A DNA stretch of 64,000 nt from Pirellulales bacterium (GTDB lineage: Bacteria > Planctomycetota > Planctomycetia > Pirellulales > JACPPG01): the NCBI GenBank assembly GCA_036499395.1, contig DASYDW010000063.1, positions 5,911 to 69,910 on the forward strand, read 5' to 3'. Positions 12,301 to 21,249 of the stretch are shown piece after piece (position 1 is the stretch's first letter; each line of letters opens with the position of its first letter). The notes below the pieces were generated by a model that saw nothing but the letters and a program-made list of their open reading frames with translations, was not told the DNA's origin and did no database searches. A program made the position numbers and the translations under genes.

Positions 12301-15226
12301 CAAACAGATGAGGACGGGCGCTTCGTTCGACATCACTCGAAGTCCGCCACTGCAGCAGGTTGCGCTTCGTGATAAATAGTCGGGTTACAGTCCGGACCAC
12401 GGCATCGCTGCTGTAGTAGGCCTCGTCCGGCAAAAATGTTAAGGCACATAGCGCCTGGATCATCCGCAGCCCCAGCGATCGCAAGGTATCGCGCGCGTGC
12501 AGCGGCCAGGAAAGGTCGGTTGGCTTCTTGAGAAATTCGACGAAGATTCGCAGCAGTACTGGCGTCAGCAAGATCAAGGCCACAAAGAACGTCCAAAACG
12601 CTGCCGTTCCCAATGGAACTAGCCAGTACAACGACAGCAGCAGCACGAGCGAGATCGGTACAAAGCTACGGCGAAGATTGTCCAGGATTTTCCAGCGCGA
12701 TAGCGCGGAAAGTGGATTAGCTACTAGGCCGCCCTGCGGCTTTGGTACCCACGGCAACGCCCACATCAGAATTTGCCAATCGCCGCGAATCCAGCGATGG
12801 CGTCGGCTGACATCGACGCCGTAGTGGGCGGGATACGTCTCGAACAACTCGATATCGCTGACCAGGCCGGAGCGGGCATGGCAGCCCTCGAGCAAGTCGT
12901 GGCTGAGAATCAAATTGTCAGGAAAACGTCCGCCCAGGAATCGCTCAAAGGCGTCGACGTCATAGATCCCTTTGCCGATGAACGACCCTTCGTGGAATAA
13001 ATCTTGATAGACATCCGAAACGCTCCCGGTATAAGGATCAATTCCTGCCTGGCCACCAAAGATGCGCACCAGCCATGATCGTCGAGCACTCGCGAGGCTT
13101 AACGACACGCGCGGCTGCAGAATGCAGTACCCGTCGCTAATGAGTCCGCTGCTGCTGTCGACGCACGGACGGTTAAGAGGATGCGCCATCGTCGCAATGA
13201 GCCGTCGCGCCGCCTCTCTAGGTAACTGAGTATCGGAATCCAGAGTGATGACGTATCTCACCTCGCCTATTGACGCGGTGTCGCCAACGACTACGGTAAA
13301 TCGCGAGTTATCGTTACCGCGCAGGAAGGCGTTCAAGTCACCGAGCTTGCCGCGTTTCCTCTCGTACCCCATCCAGGTTCGCTCTTGGGAATTCCATCGG
13401 CGCGGTCGATGGAAGAGGAAGAAGATGTCGCTGCGATCGCCTTTGTATTTGTTATTTAAAGCCTCAATCTCTTGGCGAGCCTGGTCGATTAATGCCTGAT
13501 CTTCCGGCAGTGTCTCGGTGGGCGCATCTTTCAAATCCGTGAGCAGAGCGAAATGGATTCGCTCGTCGCGATTCGCCAGATAACGAACTTCGAGAGATTC
13601 GATAAGATCATGCACGCCGTCGGGGCTCGTCAGCATGGTCGGTATCGCAACCAGCGTACGACTATCCGCCGGGACGCCCTCCGAGAAATCCATCCGCGGC
13701 AACGTACGCGGCGCCGTCCACAGTGTTGCCAGCCAATTGACAACTGCCACGCCTAACTGCGACGTGCCGAGGAGAACTAACACGGCCGTCGTCAACAGTA
13801 ACAGTCCGCTCGCACCATTGCCGTAGGCATAGGCCAACGCGCAGGCTGAAAACGTCGCAGTGATCGTCGCGATGGCGCCCAGGTATAAAGGGAGCGGGTA
13901 TCGGCGACCAAACCGACTGATCATCTGCCTTAGCGTCCGGCGAGCGTATGTCTCCTTCTCGAGTATTGGCAATCCTCGATCAATCAGGAAATAGCCGACG
14001 TGGGCCGACCGGTCGTGGACTCCTCTTTCATCCGCGCAGCGTTGAGCCAATCGAGACGCTTTCAACGCGACTTGCCATTCGGGCAAACCACTCGACTTCG
14101 CGACTTGTTCGACCGCGTGGCGATATTGATCACGAGTCGCGAAATCCATCTCCTCGTAGACATCCGAATAACTTTGTAAGTCTTGGATAATGCGGCGGTA
14201 ATAGGCGGCATCGTCTGACGAGTCGCCAAATGCCTCCAGCGGATAACCTCTCAGTATTTGCTCGACAATGCTCAGCAGTTCGACGAAGGCACGCCAGTCG
14301 ACGGCTCCTAAGAAGCGAAGACTGCTGACACTGTTGCCGATCGACACTTGATCGGCGGCCTGCTGCTGTCCCTCGCTCTGCATCAGCTGATCAATCGTGA
14401 CATTGCGCTCGGCGAGCCGCTCCTCGAGCCATAGCAATGGCAAAGCCATGGCGTGGCTGCGTTCCTGAAGGCGGCGCGCAAGTTCGGCGACGAACTCGCT
14501 ATCCATCGCCGGGGCCGCGCGCGTCATGTCGGCCATAACAACCACGATTCCGGCCGGATCCGCTTCGGCCGCGATATTCATCCGATCGGCCCAGGCGTTG
14601 GCCTCGTCTCGGTACAGTCGAGCCGCGGTCATCCGTGCCACCACCCGGCGCAAGTTCTCGACCAGCGCCAGGCGAAGCATAATAGGAATCGCCCACAATT
14701 CGCCGAGCGTCAGCGGATTGACCGTTTGATAGGCGGCGACGAGTGAAACCAGGCTTTCCGAAGTGACCCGCCCATCGACGTGCGAGATCAGTTCCTGCAT
14801 CAGGTCGTAGACGCGCGGAAAGCCGGCCAGTGGACCCACGGTCAGTCGCGGGAGCTCAGTGCTGTAATCCTTGGGAAGATGGCGCCGGGCTATACGGATC
14901 TGATCTTCAACGAGGTAATAGTTGTCCAGCAGCCATTCATCTGCCGGAGACGTACGGCGCTTTGCTGCAACGGCCGAAACGACGCGGCGATACCCTTCGT
15001 TGAGAACCGCTTCGTTTTCCTGCAGTCTGCCGAGAAGCCGGTCTGGTCCAGGGCGTGCGTCGACCTCGTGCGATGCGGCAACTGTCTTGGCATGCTGTTC
15101 CAGTTGCTCGGTGCTGAGTAGCTCCGCTCGCAAGGGGGCCTCTTCGGCGAGGCCCTGCTTATTCCTTATCTTCGGATTGGCGAGATCAGTTAACTGCCGC
15201 GATAAACCACGATACCAGCTCGCCAA
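6383..15226 (-). CDS. cgs: cyclic beta-1,2-glucan synthase (GT84 glycosyltransferase plus GH94 phosphorylase-like C-terminal domain)
   Basis: Single 2947-codon ORF with a TTG start. It has a central GT-A signature (ITLDSDTQLP ... RRHRWIRGDWQ) flanked by TM segments. The C-terminal roughly 1000 aa are cellobiose-phosphorylase-like. Size and layout match Cgs/ChvB/NdvB. Confidence 0.9.
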   Translation of the reverse strand: MASWYRGLSRQLTDLANPKIRNKQGLAEEAPLRAELLSTEQLEQHAKTVAASHEVDARPGPDRLLGRLQENEAVLNEGYRRVVSAVAAKRRTSPADEWLLDNYYLVEDQIRIARRHLPKDYSTELPRLTVGPLAGFPRVYDLMQELISHVDGRVTSESLVSLVAAYQTVNPLTLGELWAIPIMLRLALVENLRRVVARMTAARLYRDEANAWADRMNIAAEADPAGIVVVMADMTRAAPAMDSEFVAELARRLQERSHAMALPLLWLEERLAERNVTIDQLMQSEGQQQAADQVSIGNSVSSLRFLGAVDWRAFVELLSIVEQILRGYPLEAFGDSSDDAAYYRRIIQDLQSYSDVYEEMDFATRDQYRHAVEQVAKSSGLPEWQVALKASRLAQRCADERGVHDRSAHVGYFLIDRGLPILEKETYARRTLRQMISRFGRRYPLPLYLGAIATITATFSACALAYAYGNGASGLLLLTTAVLVLLGTSQLGVAVVNWLATLWTAPRTLPRMDFSEGVPADSRTLVAIPTMLTSPDGVHDLIESLEVRYLANRDERIHFALLTDLKDAPTETLPEDQALIDQARQEIEALNNKYKGDRSDIFFLFHRPRRWNSQERTWMGYERKRGKLGDLNAFLRGNDNSRFTVVVGDTASIGEVRYVITLDSDTQLPREAARRLIATMAHPLNRPCVDSSSGLISDGYCILQPRVSLSLASARRSWLVRIFGGQAGIDPYTGSVSDVYQDLFHEGSFIGKGIYDVDAFERFLGGRFPDNLILSHDLLEGCHARSGLVSDIELFETYPAHYGVDVSRRHRWIRGDWQILMWALPWVPKPQGGLVANPLSALSRWKILDNLRRSFVPISLVLLLSLYWLVPLGTAAFWTFFVALILLTPVLLRIFVEFLKKPTDLSWPLHARDTLRSLGLRMIQALCALTFLPDEAYYSSDAVVRTVTRLFITKRNLLQWRTSSDVERSARPHLFGLLVAMWFGPVLAGLLAGYLMRYRPGAMAAAAPVLVLWIVSPVVAWWLSRPLPSTTGRLTADDERFLAELSRKTWRFFETFVSAEDNWLPPDNFQDYPAAVIAHRTSPTNIGLALLSNLTAYDFGFIAPQEMAERTTNTFATLRRLERYEGHFFNWYDTRTLAPLLPRYVSTVDSGNLVGHLLVLREGLLQIADHDVLPLGAMHGLGATLRVLVKAIRSSSGSTSHEAGVLSRDSDRACRELGTLEAQLLNAPPNFSARMTLLRGIDECADLAELEKHPDEEVRWWSGALRRQVRSWLDDVSWLAPLASLLHPKQPSSDGALGSSFSNALQAAISPDAGPFTWRRVAALEEELAKLLTDTSVSTQNDHEKLAELKRLVGEISREAKLRMDTCEQLAEACLDLSTADFEFLYDSSRKLLAIGFNVTEYRRDASFYDLLASEARLASYVAIAQGQLPQEHWFALGRLLTGVNGEPTLLSWSGSMFEYLMPLLVMPTFADSLLDQTYKGAVARQITYGNSRHVLWGISESGYNATDAQLNYQYRAFGVPGLGFKRGLADDLVIAPYASAMALMVDPNASCANLRRLAELGIEGRYGFYEALDYTTARVGRGQPYSVVRSFMAHHQGMSFLAFAYELLKRPMQRRFESYAPFQATELLLHERVPKTIPVFPRSAENDDASRPEVVRDVLMRVLNTPNTQAPEVHLLSNGRYHVMITNAGSGYSRWRDIAITRWREDIAQDDSGTFCYLRDVTSNEVWSVTYQPTLESATSYKAIFPQSRAEFRRRDFDLDTYTEVAVSPEDDVELRRVNISNRSRHPRTIELTTYAEVVLASAESDATHPAFSNLFVQTEIVRERDAILCTRRPRSHSEHPPWMLHLMSVHGRTVGSTSFETDKAKFLGRAHNVRNPQVMTRAAPLSNSEGPVLDPIVAIRATLTIEPGETAVVDIVSGAAETRDVAIGLIEKYHDRHLADRLIDLAWTHSQVVLQQLNASEAEAQLYGRLASAVIYASSTRRANVNILAKNTRGQSGLWGHGISGDLPIILLRLSDQKKIHFVEQLVRAHAYWRFKGLVVDLVIWNEDQSGYRQELHDEIMHIIGNSTEANLVDRPGGIFVRRPELMSEEDRILLETAARIVLTDTAGTLSDQIERRGSREPTMPSLISTRVRTNAADSQPRLPHRDLIYANGLGGFTPDGREYVITTSAAQRTPAPWSNVLANAEFGTVVTESGSGYTWFENAHEFRLTPWYNDPVTDRCGEALYLRDEDSGRFWSATPLPAPGNNSYVTRHGFGYSVFETIEDGVSSELTLFVALDAPVKFYSLKLRNTSQETRRLSATCCIEWILGDLRHKSLMHVVTEIDKGTSALLARNSYNSEFPGRVAYLDISEPARSYTGDRTEFIGRNGSYANPAAMSRDRLSGKLGAGLDPCGVLQTQFVLAAGEEREIVFRLGAAANIDDARTQIQRFRGVDPAHKALQAVWQYWQRTLGAVYVETPDPGINALTNGWLLYQTLACRFWGRSGYYQSGGAFGFRDQLQDVMALVHTEPRLIREHLLRAAAHQFPQGDVQHWWHPPTGRGVRTHFSDDFLWLPLATCRYVKQIGDTGVLDERIPYIEGRALKPEEEAYYDLPSHSDQSATLYEHCVRAIENGLRFGRHGLPLMGCGDWNDGMNLVGEKGQGESVWLAFFLVNVLKEFADIARQRADQTFAEKCEAQAVELTKHIEANAWDGQWYRRAYFDNGEPLGSATNLECQIDSIPQSWAVLSGAGDLARCRQAMAAVNDRLVRRDASLIQLFQPPFDKSPLDPGYIRGYLPGVRENGGQYTHAAIWTVMAFAALGDRNRAWELLSLINPVNHGSTPPGIATYKVEPYVIAADVYAVTPHVGRGGWTWYTGSAGWMYRLITESLLGLRLDVNKLYFAPCLPAGWPSIKVYYRFHETNFEITIWNGGSGIVVDRVILDGIEQPELFLPLVDDGITHKVEIRVS

Positions 15227-15514
15227 TGGCTTTTACTCCATGTGTCTATTTGCAGACGCGAACACGCTCGGCACGCTGCAGTAGTATATAGGCTTCCGCC
15301 CGGGCAGCCGTTTGTGATCGAAATCCGCACTCGCGCTTCGCGAAGCTCGCCAATAATTCGTTGTATGACCGACTGCCAGGGTGGACGCTGAACGCGCAGA
15401 ACGACTTACACCTCGCTCCGGTCAAATGACGTGTCTGGGGCGTCCTTTATCCGGTACCACATTTGCTACGCGATCCTTGTGCCATTCCGAGGAACTTCGA
15501 AATTGAGCCGTTTT

Positions 15515-15979
15515 ATGGACGTCAGCTTGCAAATCGCGATCGCCGATGATGACCGCTCTAGCCGAGCAATTCTCCGGCAAATCCTGCAAAAGCTGGGGCA
15601 TACCATCGTGGCTGAGGTCGACAGCGGCTGGTCGCTCGTCGAGCAGTGCGCAGTCACCAACCCCGACGTCGTGATCACGGATAACCGGATGGCGGATATA
15701 AGCGGACTCGACGCTGCGGCCGAGATCTGCCGTCACAGGCAGCTTCCGATCATTTTAGTTTCCGCGTTTTGCGACCCGGATTTGGTGCGCATTGCTGAGC
15801 AAAAGCACGTTTCCATGTACTTGGTGAAACCCATTCACGAAGCGCACGTTGCCGCGGCCTTGTCTCGCTGCATTGCTCAGCGAGATGCTAGCGGCTTTTT
15901 GGAGGAGCCCGGCGCAGTCATCCTGCAATCGTCTGAAGTGGCCGACAGTCGCTCAAGGTTAGTGCCTCGCGACCGCTGA
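15515..15979 (+). CDS. single-domain response regulator (REC) with short C-terminal tail
   Basis: IAIADDD acidic pocket, VVITDNRM phospho-acceptor Asp and YLVKP conserved Lys. The ATG at 15515 (MDVSLQ) was chosen. Divergent from cgs. Confidence 0.8.
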   Translation: MDVSLQIAIADDDRSSRAILRQILQKLGHTIVAEVDSGWSLVEQCAVTNPDVVITDNRMADISGLDAAAEICRHRQLPIILVSAFCDPDLVRIAEQKHVSMYLVKPIHEAHVAAALSRCIAQRDASGFLEEPGAVILQSSEVADSRSRLVPRDR

Positions 15980-16026
15980 ATCGTGGCAAGCGCCGGCAGC
16001 ATGGGGGACCGTCTAGATTCGTTTTC

Positions 16027-16834
16027 CTACCGCCGACCTTTGTCGCTGCTCTGCTCTTCCGCGAGTCCGATTTCATCGATCGAGTGCGATGATGTATCTT
16101 GCGATTGGAGCTTCTCGAAACGATCGTGGAGGCGCACGATCTCTGCTTTGCTCAGGTCCTCAATATTGATCAGGCGTGGGCTTGCCTTGTGCAATGCTGC
16201 GAGTGGCTCGTTGACTTTGAGATGAAGAGCCATGCCGTCCTTCGTCTGCGACCGCTGCAAAAGGAACAGCAGATGCGTCGATGATGCGCACATCCAGTAA
16301 GCCTTCCTGACCAGATGGCTCTGGTTTCTTGTTTTTTCGAATGCAGTCAGATGAATAGATGATTTCCGCAGCGATCTGGTAGCGATGTTTAAAAGTCGTG
16401 GTTTTGGATTTCTCCTTCTGTGACACCGTTTGCTCAATATCACCGTTCCAAGTAAAAGCCGGATCCATCTTCAGAATCCCTTCGGTCCCAATGATTTGGT
16501 ATTCAGAGACCTTTGTCTCGCCAAATCCGCACAAAAATGTCGCCAACCGATCCTTCGGGAAGCGCAACGCAGCTCACACCGCCTCGGGCACTTCCTTAAA
16601 GCGGCGATCTTTACTGCGAATGGCGAAAGCCGTTACCTCTTCGGGCTCGGCTTTAAAAACGTAGCGAGCGGCATTCAGGCAGTGGATAACTCCGAAAGAT
16701 CGGCACGATTCGACACCGTCGCGCCTAAACAGAGACGACTTGCGCAAGATGCCGTTTCGCACGTCTGATAGGAATGATGCTGGCCCGGTCTGCATTACGA
16801 TGAGGCAGGAATTCGTAGTCGGAACGAAGGAGTA
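16027..16834 (-). pseudogene. Gfo/Idh/MocA-family oxidoreductase remnant (5'-truncated, in-frame stop, frameshift)
   Basis: The C-terminal-domain pattern GVIHCLNAARYVFKAEPEEV and LRFPKDRLATFLCGFG...YQIIGTEGILKMDPAF is split by an in-frame TGA at 16574-16576. A frame change near 16270 follows (EGLLDVRIIDA continues in another frame). No Rossmann N-terminal domain lies upstream. Confidence 0.7.
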
Positions 16835-17148
16835 CTACTGCTTTTTGCGCGCAGTGCGGTTGTAAGGAGGCCGAAAAGAAACTTCGCTTACCCTGCTCCG
16901 GAATGCACCAAAGTGCAGAGTAGAATCCTGCAGCGTCTTAGTACCTAGTTTCTGCCGGCGAGTGCTCTGTCGTTTGCACCTACGAGGGCGCCTCGAAAGT
17001 TGTTGACGCTGGAACGACCGCAAACCCCTCATCAAAAAAAACGGGCAAGTTGTTGATCGTGAAAGAATTAAACCTGCAGACGCACGTAGAAGGATAATCT
17101 GCCCGCGACAACGGTCATTATTTGGCAATCCATTTGTTGAGGACAACT

Positions 17149-19392
17149 ATGCGAGTGTGGCCGGGACGACCTTACCCCCTTGGTGCGACGTGGGACGGAA
17201 ACGGCGTCAACTTTGCACTCTTCTCAGAATGCGCCACCAAAATAGAGTTGTGCCTATTTCATTCGGCCGAAGACTCCCAGGAGTTTGAGCGCATCCCCGT
17301 CGTAGAGCGTCGAGACCTGGTCTGGCATTGTTATCTACCCGACATTCGTCCTGGCCAACTCTACGGATATCGTGTCCACGGTCCGTATGAACCCGAGCAT
17401 GGGCATCGCTTCAATCCGCACAAGATTGTGTTGGATCCTTACGCAAAGGGCATCGGACGCGACGTGCGCTGGTGCGATGAGATGTGGGGGTACAAGATCG
17501 GCGACCCTCAAGAGGACTTGTCGTTTGACGATCGTGACAACGCGCATGCGGCACCATTGGCGGTCGTGATCGATCCGGCCTTTACCTGGGGCGATGATCG
17601 CCCTCCTCAACGGCCGTGGCATGAGACGATTATTTATGAGGTGCATGTAAAGGGGTTTACCCAGCTACATCCGGGGGTGCCGGAGGAGTTACGCGGCACT
17701 TATGCCGGACTTACCTCACCGGCCGCCCTTGATCATCTGAAAAGCTTGGGAGTTACAGCCGTTGAACTACTCCCGGTCTATCAGCGCATTGATGATCGCC
17801 ATCTGGTCGACAAAGGTCTTTGCAATTATTGGGGCTATAACACGCTGGCTTTCATGGCGCCTGACCAGCATTATGCATTGGCGAAAACCGCAGAAGACGC
17901 CGTCAAAGAATTCAAGACGATGGTCCGCGGTCTGCATGCGGCGGGCATCGAGGTTTTGCTCGATGTCGTCTACAACCATACGGCGGAGGGGAATCAAATG
18001 GGCCCCACTCTGTCGTTCCGTGGAATCGACAATGCATCCTATTATCGCGTCTCGCCGGAGGATCCGCGTTACTACATGGATTTCACCGGCTGTGGAAATG
18101 GCTTCAACATGCGAGCGCCGCGGGTTCTGCAGTTAATTATGGACAGTCTTCGGTACTGGGTTACCGAGATGCATGTGGACGGGTTTCGGTTTGATCTCGC
18201 GAGTGCCCTGGCCCGGGAGCTGTTCGAGGTGGACAAGCTCGGGGCATTTTTTGACATCCTGCATCAAGACCCCGTGCTGTCTCAAGTCAAGTTAATCGCC
18301 GAACCGTGGGATCTGGGCTCCGGCGGCTATCAGGTCGGAAACTTCCCCTCTCAATGGTCCGAATGGAACGGTCGCTATCGCGATAATGTCCGCCGTTTTT
18401 GGAAAGGGGATAGTAAAACGCTGTCGGAGTTCGCCACGCGCATCTGCGGCTCGGCTGATTTATACGAATGGAGCAGCCGCAGACCCTACGCGAGTATCAA
18501 CTTTGTCACCTGCCACGACGGTTTCAATCTTCATGATCTCGTGAGCTACAACGAGAAGCACAATGAAGCCAACGGCGAAGACAATCGTGACGGGGCGAAC
18601 GACAACGAAAGCTGGAACTGCGGCGCGGAGGGTCCGACGGAGGATGTCGCGATCAATCAGCTCCGCGAGCAGCAGAAGAGAAATTTGCTGGCCACGCTGT
18701 TTCTCAGTCAAGGCGTTCCGATGCTTTTGGCAGGCGATGAACTCGGAAAGACACAGAATGGCAATAACAATTGCTACTGCCAGGATTCAGAAATCTCCTG
18801 GTTGCAATGGGAATTGGACGACGAGCAAAAGCAACAACTCGACTTTGTACGAGGCCTAGTAGCGATCCGCAAGACTCAGCCTGTGTTTCGTCGTCAAAAG
18901 TACTTTCAAGGGAGATCCATTCGTGGCCAAGAAGGGGTCGTTTCGGACGTTGGTTGGATCGGCACTGACGGCAAACCGGTAACCGATGAAGTGTGGAACG
19001 CCGACTTTGTGAAATGCATTGGTTTACGACTGGATGGCAAATTGATCGACGAAGTCGACGAACAGGGAGTGCCGATCGAAGGCGATACCGTGCTCTTACT
19101 CTTGAACGCGCATCATGAGAGCATCTTGTTCACGCTCCCGACACCGGTCGCTGACGCGTTCTGGGAACCGATGATGGACACTGCTCAGTTTCCCGGAAGA
19201 CTGTCGGATACAAAGGGCGGAACACGGTACGAAATACTCGCTCGCTCAATGGCTTTGTTGCGGCTGGCCTCGCCCACGATTGTGGAGAAGCAAAAGGAAG
19301 GGTTTGTCGCGGCCGAAATCATCGCCGAGGCCGCGATGGAAACCGCAACCACTCTGCCGGCAGGTAGCACAACAAAAACATCCAGCCAATAA
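17149..19392 (+). CDS. glgX: glycogen debranching enzyme (isoamylase, GH13)
   Basis: Opens MRVWPGRPYPLGATWDGNGVNFALFSE. GH13 catalytic regions are present: VYNHTAEG, DGFRFDLA, IAEPWD, FVTCHDGF. Confidence 0.93.
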   Translation: MRVWPGRPYPLGATWDGNGVNFALFSECATKIELCLFHSAEDSQEFERIPVVERRDLVWHCYLPDIRPGQLYGYRVHGPYEPEHGHRFNPHKIVLDPYAKGIGRDVRWCDEMWGYKIGDPQEDLSFDDRDNAHAAPLAVVIDPAFTWGDDRPPQRPWHETIIYEVHVKGFTQLHPGVPEELRGTYAGLTSPAALDHLKSLGVTAVELLPVYQRIDDRHLVDKGLCNYWGYNTLAFMAPDQHYALAKTAEDAVKEFKTMVRGLHAAGIEVLLDVVYNHTAEGNQMGPTLSFRGIDNASYYRVSPEDPRYYMDFTGCGNGFNMRAPRVLQLIMDSLRYWVTEMHVDGFRFDLASALARELFEVDKLGAFFDILHQDPVLSQVKLIAEPWDLGSGGYQVGNFPSQWSEWNGRYRDNVRRFWKGDSKTLSEFATRICGSADLYEWSSRRPYASINFVTCHDGFNLHDLVSYNEKHNEANGEDNRDGANDNESWNCGAEGPTEDVAINQLREQQKRNLLATLFLSQGVPMLLAGDELGKTQNGNNNCYCQDSEISWLQWELDDEQKQQLDFVRGLVAIRKTQPVFRRQKYFQGRSIRGQEGVVSDVGWIGTDGKPVTDEVWNADFVKCIGLRLDGKLIDEVDEQGVPIEGDTVLLLLNAHHESILFTLPTPVADAFWEPMMDTAQFPGRLSDTKGGTRYEILARSMALLRLASPTIVEKQKEGFVAAEIIAEAAMETATTLPAGSTTKTSSQ

Positions 19393-19642
19393 TCGTCAAG
19401 CTACGGATGTGGGCCGTGGACGACGATCTGATGGCCGACGTTGGCTGGTCGCTCGGGCCGTTGGTCGCAATCCGTCAGAGTTGAAGTAGGAAGTGGCCAT
19501 ACAATCTCTGCGGAGTGGTTGGCAAATTGTCTGGGGCCAACGATACGTCCGGTAAAAGGCAGATAGCTGCGGCGAGATCCGAAACGATGAGAGGCCAATC
19601 AGAATGGCGCTCTTTTATTTCCGGATAGACGCTCGCGACAAA

Positions 19643-20755
19643 TCAAGAGTTCAAATCCGCGAGGATTTCTTCGGCCATCTCGTGGTACTCGTCCACGAGT
19701 TTCTTGCCGAAGGTGTAGGTTAGACCCGCCCCAGCCGCGACGGCGAGGGCCTGGCCGGCGAACGGGATGAATTTTGCAAACGTTTTCGGCACTTCGTGTT
19801 TGCCGATAGTCTTCAAGATGCCGACGATGGCCGACTCGGTACCATACTTCAGAGTTAATGCGACCGTCTTTTGTAATACGGCACGCCCATCCGGTCCTTT
19901 CAGCAGAGTTTTCCAATACTCTTCTTGCTCCTTGGTCAAACTATAAATCTCAGCGACCTCGCGCGAGAGCCTGCGAAGAATTCCGAGATCGACGGTTACA
20001 TCAAGGCCGACTACAGGATTGAGGCCATTGAGCGCCGCCATGCCTGCATACCAGGCCGTGAAGCGCATGGCATTCTCACGCTTCCTCAGCAGTGCCTCTT
20101 TGCTCCAGGCGGCGAGATCGTTTTCCAGCCGCAATCTCTTCATTCCATCGAACGAGTCTTGAATATCTTTCAACAAAGTCGGCAAGTCGAAGTGCGCCGG
20201 ATGCCGAGCAGACACCATGTACACCTTCTGTACGTCCAAAGGTGCCAGGTTCTCCCTGATGTTGTTCTCGATGGCCGCTTTGCTCTCCGCTTCGGTCAGA
20301 TTATGTCCGTCGTACGCGGCGTCAGCCAGTACAAGATCGAACTTATTCCGCACGAGAAAACACGGCTTCTTCAGTTCATTTCTGATTTGGGAGTATACGA
20401 TCTTGTCGTCCTGAAAGAATCGCAACTCGGTGACGAAGATGAATAGGTCATGGTCGCTCAGATTGAGTTTTTTGATGTAATCCTTGGTCGGAAAGCGCTC
20501 CTTGCCACATCCAGGAAGATCGACCAAGACCAGACCACGATGAAAATATTCGTGAGGCTCAACAGTCGTTTCCTTTGCAAAGCCAACAGCAGCGAGTTTT
20601 TCGCCAGTGATGGCGTTGATGAGGGACGACTTGCCTACTCCACTGCGGCCCACGAAGCCGCATTTGACCTTGGTGAGTTCGTACTCTTCTTTTTGACGGG
20701 CAAAGTCGCTGAGCAGCTTGGCGATGCCCGTTTCGTTGTCCTTCTGAGTTGGCAT
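19643..20755 (-). CDS. P-loop GTPase (IIGP/MMR_HSR1-like) with C-terminal DUF697-like amphipathic or membrane-associated domain
   Basis: G1 GRSGVGKSS, G3 DLPG, G4 NKFD. The C-terminal FIPFAGQALAVAAGAGLTYTFGKKLVDEY resembles DUF697/YcjF-type tails. Confidence 0.7.
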   Translation of the reverse strand: MPTQKDNETGIAKLLSDFARQKEEYELTKVKCGFVGRSGVGKSSLINAITGEKLAAVGFAKETTVEPHEYFHRGLVLVDLPGCGKERFPTKDYIKKLNLSDHDLFIFVTELRFFQDDKIVYSQIRNELKKPCFLVRNKFDLVLADAAYDGHNLTEAESKAAIENNIRENLAPLDVQKVYMVSARHPAHFDLPTLLKDIQDSFDGMKRLRLENDLAAWSKEALLRKRENAMRFTAWYAGMAALNGLNPVVGLDVTVDLGILRRLSREVAEIYSLTKEQEEYWKTLLKGPDGRAVLQKTVALTLKYGTESAIVGILKTIGKHEVPKTFAKFIPFAGQALAVAAGAGLTYTFGKKLVDEYHEMAEEILADLNS

Positions 20756-20799
20756 CGCACTTCTCGTTCTGCTGATTGAAATGTCGCTACCGCATGCGG

Positions 20800-21249
20800 C
20801 TACGCATCGGGCACGTCATCCGGATGGCCAACTATCCACCAAGCGACATTCGCTGCTTCCGATTCCCCGAGATGAACGCCATGCTTTTCAAGCGTCCGCT
20901 GCACAACTCGGCCTAGCTCAATAAACGCCTCTTCTCGCACGGAATCTAACAATCCTGGTACGGAGATCGCGAATCGTACCGCATCAGCTTCTGCAGCCGT
21001 GGGGCGAGGTTCACGTTTCTCCGCCGCTTGATCGACACGATTTTTGAGTGTTGCTGCCGGACGAATACCTGCTCCGAGTGACCGTTTTGGCTTGGCCATT
21101 CTCGTCGGTGCACGCTCGCTCGCCGACTTCGAACGTCTGGCCAATTTGGTGGGCTTGGTGACTTTGGCCTTGCCGTTTGCCCGGGTGGCCGACCCAACAT
21201 GTTTGTTCTTCGCCATTCGCGCACCGGAATTGTTTGAGGTGTTGGGCAA
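20800..21249 (-). CDS. hypothetical protein with highly basic Lys/Arg/Ala-rich N-terminal half
   Basis: 149-codon ORF ending 44 nt upstream of the GTPase gene on the same strand. No motif recognised. Start uncertain (alternative ATG at 21216). Confidence 0.4.
   Translation of the reverse strand: MPNTSNNSGARMAKNKHVGSATRANGKAKVTKPTKLARRSKSASERAPTRMAKPKRSLGAGIRPAATLKNRVDQAAEKREPRPTAAEADAVRFAISVPGLLDSVREEAFIELGRVVQRTLEKHGVHLGESEAANVAWWIVGHPDDVPDA

Noticed and set aside
6407-15284. Dozens of 60-165-codon ORFs on both strands inside the cgs gene
   Set aside because: All overlap the single 2947-codon frame that carries the GT84 and GH94 signatures. None has a recognisable motif.
19649-19658. GTTCAAATCC, resembling a tRNA T-loop
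   Set aside because: The flanking bases cannot form a T-stem or the rest of a cloverleaf, and the site lies at the 3' end of the GTPase CDS. No tRNA was recognised anywhere in the window by eye.
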